Positions 58,769-64,000 of a stretch of 64,000 nt of DNA are shown here, one piece after another; position 1 is the first letter of the stretch; each line of letters begins with the position of its first letter. This DNA comes from Ignavibacteriota bacterium. GTDB taxonomy: Bacteria; Bacteroidota; Ignavibacteria; UBA10030. The notes under the pieces are model-generated. The model searched no databases and was not told the DNA's origin. It worked only from the letters and a program-made list of their open reading frames with translations. The stretch lies in assembly GCA_963769605.1 (NCBI GenBank), contig CAVYML010000003.1, forward strand, positions 158,305-222,304, read 5' to 3'. The translations under genes were made by a program, and so were the position numbers.

Positions 58769-61700
58769 ATGATCTTGAAAAAATATTTTGCATTATTCTT
58801 TTTCATCGTTGCTGTTTGCAACTCGCTCTTTGCGCAATCACCATTTACCCCGGGGAATATCGTCGTGGTTCGTGCGGGTACTGGTGATTCGCTGACCAAT
58901 GCTTCAACAGCGGTCTTTCTCGATGAATATACAACCGGCGGCTCTTTAGTGCAATCTGTTGCGATACCGGCTTCATCTTCGGGAAGCAATGCGCCCCTGA
59001 CGCTTTCTGGAACAGCGGCGAGTGAAGGATCGATCGTCAATTCTGCTGATGGGCGCTATCTTACTCTTGCCGGATATGGTATTGCACCCGGTACAACATC
59101 TGTGAGCAGTTCAACCTCTGCAACAGTCAATCGTGTCGTCGCAAGAATTGATGCAAGTGCTTCCATAGATATAACAACGAAATTAACAGATGCATCGTAT
59201 TCTGGAAATAATATTCGCGGCGCGGTTACAAACGATGGAACAGCGTTTTGGATATCCGGCGCTGCTGCTTCCAGCGCTAACGGCGGCGTACGTTATGCTG
59301 TGCTTGGAGCGGCAGCTTCCGCACAATTATCAACAACAGTTACCAATACTCGCGTAATAAATATTTTTAACAATCAATTATATGTTACCAGCAATAAAAG
59401 CTCATGTTTCGGAATATCGTCTGTGGGTTCGGGTTTGCCGACCACTTCAGGTCAAACTATTACGTTGTTGAGCGGCTTTCCGACATCTACTGCAAGTCCC
59501 GATGGATTTTCAAAAAATGGCAATACGATTTATGTTGCTGATGACAGAATAGATGGGAATGGCGGAGTACAAAAATGGACATATAGCGGTTCGACTTGGT
59601 CTCTTGCTTATTTATTAGCACCCACTTCAAGTACAGGCGCGATTGGGTTGCTTGTAGATTGGACGAGTTCCAATCCGATCATCTATGCTACAACGACAGA
59701 CAATAAAATCGTCTCCGTTATCGACGCCGGTTCGAGTTCATCCTTTACAACGCTGGTTACAGGTGCCACAAATACTCTTTTACATGGCGTTTCATTTACA
59801 CCGATTCCGCTCATCACATTTACAAATGGAACTTCCTTTATCGCTCCAGCGGGAACTCCCAATACTAACGACAATCCCATAGGAAAATTTAAACTTGCAG
59901 GAAACATCACTGGAGGGAAACTCAATCAAGTTGTCGTAACATTGTCCGGTACATACAGCGGTATCACCAATCTTAAGCTTTATTATTCTCCTGACACAAC
60001 ATTCAGTGTCGGCGCATCCACATTATTGGCAACTGTCGCTTCGCCATCTTCGACTGTCACATTTAATATTTCTTCTACTCCGCAGCTGATTCCGACTTCA
60101 GGCGGATATTTTTATATTGCGGCAGATTTGAACTCAAGCGCTGCGGGTACAGCGATGGCTTCGCTTGATGACCAAACGAAACTCACATTCACCAATGCTT
60201 CACTCAGCGGAACATTTGCCAATGCAAAGCTTTCTTTAGTCTATTCACTCAACGTAAATTCATCGCATGGAACAGTAACCAAAACACCGGATCAACAGAA
60301 TTATCCATCCGGCTCAACTGTCCAACTTACTGCGAATCCAGCGGATATCAGCTACCATTTTGCAGCATGGAGCGGCGATGTTCCAGCGGGTCACGAGACG
60401 GATAACCCCTTAACAGTGACGATGAGCCAAGTCCGGACCATCACGGCGTCCTTTGCGCTCAATACATCTGTGCCGATTTTAATTTTACCTACTGCTACGA
60501 ATATTGCATCAACCACAGCAATCCTTGGTTCAAAAATTATCTCGAATGGCAATGATTCTCTCATCGAACGAGGCATCGTATGGTCAACATCTGCCAATCC
60601 GACAACTGCCGATACTAAAGTGAGCACGTCGGATACAAATAGTGTGTACACTGTTGCTGTCAATAGTTTGCCGGCGGGATCATTCATCCATTTTCGCGGT
60701 TATGCCATTAACGGTATCGGAACAGGATATTCATCTGATGCGACATTTTATACGCTTTCCCTTGAACCGTCTGCCCATGCAGATTCGTTGACGGCGAATG
60801 CAGTTTCCGCTTATCAAATAAATCTTTCATGGAAGGTTGCTGCAGGGGCAACGGGTTTCATAATCCTTCAGCGTGTGGGTTATGATCCAACCGGCTTGCC
60901 GGTGGACGCAGCCAGCTACGCCGTTGGCGATACGATAGGCGATGGAACGGTTGCAGCGCTCCTTATGTCAAACACAGCGACCTCTGCCGGCATTACAGGT
61001 TTAACGGCTTCGACATCATATCACTACTCAATTTTTTCATTTGCATGGGATGGATTGCATCCCGGGACATATAATTATAAAACAAATGGGACAATACCGA
61101 AAGCAAATGCGATAACTCCGGCGGGGCCCCAACTCATAGCTGTCATTCTTCCGCAGTATATTCAGGGAAATACCGACACAAATTCCAACCGTCTTCCATT
61201 TGCCTATCGAGCGAGACTGACGGGTTTGTTACCGAGCAGCATGTATCGTTTCATGAATCAAGTTATTGTCTCAACTGATGCGGCGACTTCAAACGGTTCC
61301 GGGAATTGCATTTTTGCATCTCCAACAGTTGATTTCGTCCGTACAAGCGGTCCGAGTCTCGTTACGGCAGGAAATTACGGCGCTCTTACCACCGACGGGA
61401 CAGGCGCGTATGAAGGGTGGTTTATTACAGAACCAACCGGGAATAAACGTTTTATTCCAGGTAAGTATGTTTTTATGCGTATTACTCTGAATGATGGTGC
61501 AGGAGGAACTACGGCAGCATTGCTGTTGACCACGGCAGATTCTGTACGTGTAGTAAAATTAGATCCGGCTGCAAGCGATAGTACCGGCACAGGCCTCCGC
61601 GGAACAAGTTCCTCAAAACCGAAGAATTTTATCTTTGTGTATGGCGATACATCCGGCACGGGCCGTCCAATATCAGGGTCATTCATCGAGAGCGATGGAA

Positions 61701-62242
61701 CGGATAATTCAACGACAAATAATTATGCGGCATTTTACGGCAACACTGTAAATGGTATGAACGGAGCGTATGGAATGGTACTGCCGAATATGTTGCCCAG
61801 CGGCATACGCCGGATTGAACAACGCTCCCTTATCAATGGAACACTCGTAACTTCAGCGACTGATACTGACGGTGTCTGGCCAAGCGGCGCAAATACTGTC
61901 AATCCATCGGGTGGAACTACGGAAATTGTTCTTACGGGAACGGATACAGGTATTCGCGGCACAGGCACGATACCCAAAGAATTTTCGCTATTGCAAAACT
62001 ATCCGAATCCGTTCAATCCGCAGACAACGATCTCATATTTGCTGCCGCAAACAAGCACTGTTACGCTGAAAGTGTATGATCTTATGGGCCGGGAAATCGT
62101 CACACTCATACAGAATGAAAAAAAAGCGCCCGGTAATTATGAAATATCATTCAATGCGTTGAATTTATCGAGCGGAGTATATTTTTATAAATTACAAACG
62201 CAGAACTATGTGCAGACCAAGCGAATGATCTTACTCAAGTAA
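58769..62242 (+). CDS. large secreted cell-surface protein (FN3 and InlB B-repeat-like domains) with type IX secretion C-terminal sorting domain
   Basis: 1157 aa and Ser/Thr/Gly-rich, with a signal peptide. An InlB B-repeat-like segment (HGTVTKTPDQQNYPSGSTVQLTANPADISYHFAAWSGDV) and FN3-like segments (QINLSWKVAAGATGF) are present. The C-terminus is LLQNYPNPFNPQTTISYLL…SGVYFYKLQ…KRMILLK. Confidence 0.75.
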   Translation: MILKKYFALFFFIVAVCNSLFAQSPFTPGNIVVVRAGTGDSLTNASTAVFLDEYTTGGSLVQSVAIPASSSGSNAPLTLSGTAASEGSIVNSADGRYLTLAGYGIAPGTTSVSSSTSATVNRVVARIDASASIDITTKLTDASYSGNNIRGAVTNDGTAFWISGAAASSANGGVRYAVLGAAASAQLSTTVTNTRVINIFNNQLYVTSNKSSCFGISSVGSGLPTTSGQTITLLSGFPTSTASPDGFSKNGNTIYVADDRIDGNGGVQKWTYSGSTWSLAYLLAPTSSTGAIGLLVDWTSSNPIIYATTTDNKIVSVIDAGSSSSFTTLVTGATNTLLHGVSFTPIPLITFTNGTSFIAPAGTPNTNDNPIGKFKLAGNITGGKLNQVVVTLSGTYSGITNLKLYYSPDTTFSVGASTLLATVASPSSTVTFNISSTPQLIPTSGGYFYIAADLNSSAAGTAMASLDDQTKLTFTNASLSGTFANAKLSLVYSLNVNSSHGTVTKTPDQQNYPSGSTVQLTANPADISYHFAAWSGDVPAGHETDNPLTVTMSQVRTITASFALNTSVPILILPTATNIASTTAILGSKIISNGNDSLIERGIVWSTSANPTTADTKVSTSDTNSVYTVAVNSLPAGSFIHFRGYAINGIGTGYSSDATFYTLSLEPSAHADSLTANAVSAYQINLSWKVAAGATGFIILQRVGYDPTGLPVDAASYAVGDTIGDGTVAALLMSNTATSAGITGLTASTSYHYSIFSFAWDGLHPGTYNYKTNGTIPKANAITPAGPQLIAVILPQYIQGNTDTNSNRLPFAYRARLTGLLPSSMYRFMNQVIVSTDAATSNGSGNCIFASPTVDFVRTSGPSLVTAGNYGALTTDGTGAYEGWFITEPTGNKRFIPGKYVFMRITLNDGAGGTTAALLLTTADSVRVVKLDPAASDSTGTGLRGTSSSKPKNFIFVYGDTSGTGRPISGSFIESDGTDNSTTNNYAAFYGNTVNGMNGAYGMVLPNMLPSGIRRIEQRSLINGTLVTSATDTDGVWPSGANTVNPSGGTTEIVLTGTDTGIRGTGTIPKEFSLLQNYPNPFNPQTTISYLLPQTSTVTLKVYDLMGREIVTLIQNEKKAPGNYEISFNALNLSSGVYFYKLQTQNYVQTKRMILLK

Positions 62243-62472
62243 TCTTGGCCATTCAATTATACATGCAGCTTGTCGAGTGGAATATGTTTTTATCAATTAC
62301 AAGCCGGCAATAATATTGAGAGATAAGGAGCTTGCATTGTTTAAGAGTAAGAAAAATTATTTCCGCAATGCACAAGTTCTTACATGCAATTCTATAGGAT
62401 AATGGAATCTAAATGAAACTTCACAAGGGATTATGGGATGTATTGATTTTTACAAAGGGATATCTCACGTCC

Positions 62473-64000
62473 ATCTTCATGCGATATTTATTCCTTCTTC
62501 TTTTATTTTACGTTTCGTCTGGTGTTACTCAAGTAGAAGCCCAGGGCACATCTATTGTCATCGATAGCACGGGCTCAGGCCGAGTGTATGACGGGATTGG
62601 GGGATTGAGCGGAGGAGGCGGCACGTCGCGCTTACTGTGGGATTATCCTGCCAAGCAGCGGGACGAGATATTGGATTATCTTTTCAAGCCGAACTATGGC
62701 GCCAGTGTACAGATTTTGAAAGTTGAAATTGGCGATGATGCAAATAGTACGAATGGAGCGGAGGCGAGCCACATGCGGTCCCAAACCGATTCGAACTACA
62801 ACCGCGGTTACGAGTGGTGGCTTATGGAGCAAGCAAAACTTCGCAATCCGAATATAAAACTGTACGGTTTGGAATGGGGAGGCGAAGGTTGGTTCACCAG
62901 CCGCAATTTTTGGTCGCAGGATAACATTAATTATATCATCAGCTGGATTAAGCATGCACAGTCCGACCATAATTTGCACATCGATTATATCGGTGGATGG
63001 AACGAATCTGGGTGGGACAAGACTTGGTTTGAAAATTTGAAGAAAGCTCTGCAGAGCAATGGTTTAACGACTCAAGTGGTGGCAGCGGACGGTGGTTGGA
63101 ATATAGCTGGTGATTTGGCGAGTGACGCAGTTTTTAAATCTTCTGTGGATATTATGGGTGTCCACTATCCGTGCGGTTGGATGGCGCCCGAAGAGGTTTG
63201 TTCAGACAATACCTACACCGCTGTTGCAGAAGGATTGAATATTCCAATTTGGGCAAGCGAGAGTGGATCTCAAAACTATGATTCCGGATCTCTGCCACTT
63301 GCTCGCGCGCTCAACCGCGACTACATCGACAGCAGGATGACCGCGTATATCAACTGGAGCTTGATTGCCGCGTGGTATCGTACATTACCCTACTATGGAG
63401 ATGGACTGATGCTTGCGGATCAACCATGGTCAGGTTATTATCATGTTGGCAAGAGCATCTGGGTAATGGCACACACCGCACAATTTGTGCAGGTTGGTTG
63501 GCACTATGTGGATAGCGCCTGTGGATACTTAGGAGGAAGCCGCAGCAACGGCAGTTATGTAACACTTAAATCTCCCGGCAACAGCGATTATAGTGTTATT
63601 GTCGAGACTGTGGATGCAACCATTCCGCAAACGGCGTCGATTACTGTTACCGGCGGTTTATCGACGGATACTGTACATGTGTGGGCTACGAATCTTAATT
63701 CATCAAATTCATCCGATTACTTTATAAAAGAGAATGATATAACGCCAAACGGCGGGACCTATAGTATCACATTTCAACCGGGGTATGTGTACTCAATTAG
63801 TACTACCGCAGGTCAGGGAAAAGGAATAGTAACATCACCGGCGTCGGAAACAATGGGACTGCCGTATACAGAGAATTTCGAAGAAGATTCATTGGGAGTG
63901 ATTCCGAAATTTTTCGATTCGATCCAGGGAGCATTTGAAGTTGATAGTTGTCGAGGTGGACGTAGTGGAAAATGCATGCGTCAGGAAATCAACCTAGCCC
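62473..64000 (+). CDS. glycoside hydrolase family 59 (galactosylceramidase-like), 3'-truncated by the window end
   Basis: A signal peptide (MRYLFLLLLFYVSSGVTQVEAQG) is followed by YDGIGGLSGGGGTSRLLWDYP…ILDYLFKPNYGASVQILKVEIGDD…EASHM, a strong match to the GH59 N-terminal catalytic barrel. The ORF is open to position 64000. An alternative start is the ATG at 62413. Confidence 0.75.
   Translation, partial: MFMRYLFLLLLFYVSSGVTQVEAQGTSIVIDSTGSGRVYDGIGGLSGGGGTSRLLWDYPAKQRDEILDYLFKPNYGASVQILKVEIGDDANSTNGAEASHMRSQTDSNYNRGYEWWLMEQAKLRNPNIKLYGLEWGGEGWFTSRNFWSQDNINYIISWIKHAQSDHNLHIDYIGGWNESGWDKTWFENLKKALQSNGLTTQVVAADGGWNIAGDLASDAVFKSSVDIMGVHYPCGWMAPEEVCSDNTYTAVAEGLNIPIWASESGSQNYDSGSLPLARALNRDYIDSRMTAYINWSLIAAWYRTLPYYGDGLMLADQPWSGYYHVGKSIWVMAHTAQFVQVGWHYVDSACGYLGGSRSNGSYVTLKSPGNSDYSVIVETVDATIPQTASITVTGGLSTDTVHVWATNLNSSNSSDYFIKENDITPNGGTYSITFQPGYVYSISTTAGQGKGIVTSPASETMGLPYTENFEEDSLGVIPKFFDSIQGAFEVDSCRGGRSGKCMRQEINLA

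Noticed and set aside
1-64000. Search for CRISPR arrays, rRNA and tRNA genes
   Set aside because: No regularly spaced short repeats with unique spacers were seen. No rRNA-like conserved blocks or clover-leaf tRNA candidates were recognised by eye. A tRNAscan/Infernal run would be needed to exclude small RNAs, especially in 25308-25750, 41704-42212 and 46169-46529.

Overview
This 64 kb window is from a bacterium of the Fibrobacteres-Chlorobi-Bacteroidetes (FCB) group, most likely Ignavibacteria-like. The evidence is the type IX secretion (Por_Secre_tail) C-terminal sorting domains on cargo proteins, a Bacteroidetes-style hybrid two-component regulator with a beta-propeller sensor and an AraC output, and many multiheme c-type cytochromes. 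The main feature is a ~12.5 kb locus on the + strand (4092-16515), followed by a CcmF-like gene (16685-18934), that appears to encode a complete electron-export chain with at least 62 CXnCH heme-binding sites. It starts with three candidate inner-membrane quinol oxidases. The first is a 13-heme cytochrome c fused to a cytochrome b, resembling Geobacter CbcL. The second is a 7-heme NapC/NirT-type cytochrome resembling ImcH. The third is a Rieske protein plus cytochrome b with a membrane-anchored 11-heme cytochrome. These are followed by a periplasmic tetraheme cytochrome, an outer-membrane beta-barrel, a 14-heme cytochrome, and two lipoprotein cytochromes that carry atypical CX3CH and CX4CH motifs. 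A stand-alone CcmF-family heme lyase gene sits at the end. Downstream is a LuxR/NarL-type two-component operon and a PAS hybrid kinase, with direct-repeat TGTCGTA arrays in their promoter regions. Next is an IS1634-family insertion flanked by a 115 bp target duplication. The - strand then carries a heme biosynthesis operon (hemA, hemC, hemD, hemE, hemH, a thioesterase, hemY) in which hemH has an apparent 5' frameshift, followed by a GH5 cellulase and a DUF1080 hydrolase gene. A 3.5 kb IS1-family transposon (18 bp perfect terminal inverted repeats, 8 bp target duplication) carries AT-rich cargo genes, including a possible HicAB-like module. The remainder holds an M20 dipeptidase, a cNMP-binding DUF1003 protein, a PduO adenosyltransferase, a solitary MmeI/Eco57I-like type IIG restriction-modification enzyme, and a large hybrid two-component regulator. 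After that regulator comes an intergenic 21 bp periodic repeat array. The window ends with type IX secretion cargo genes (a CotH-like protein, a 1157 aa FN3/InlB-repeat protein, and a GH59 fragment at the window edge). No rRNA, tRNA or CRISPR array was recognised.
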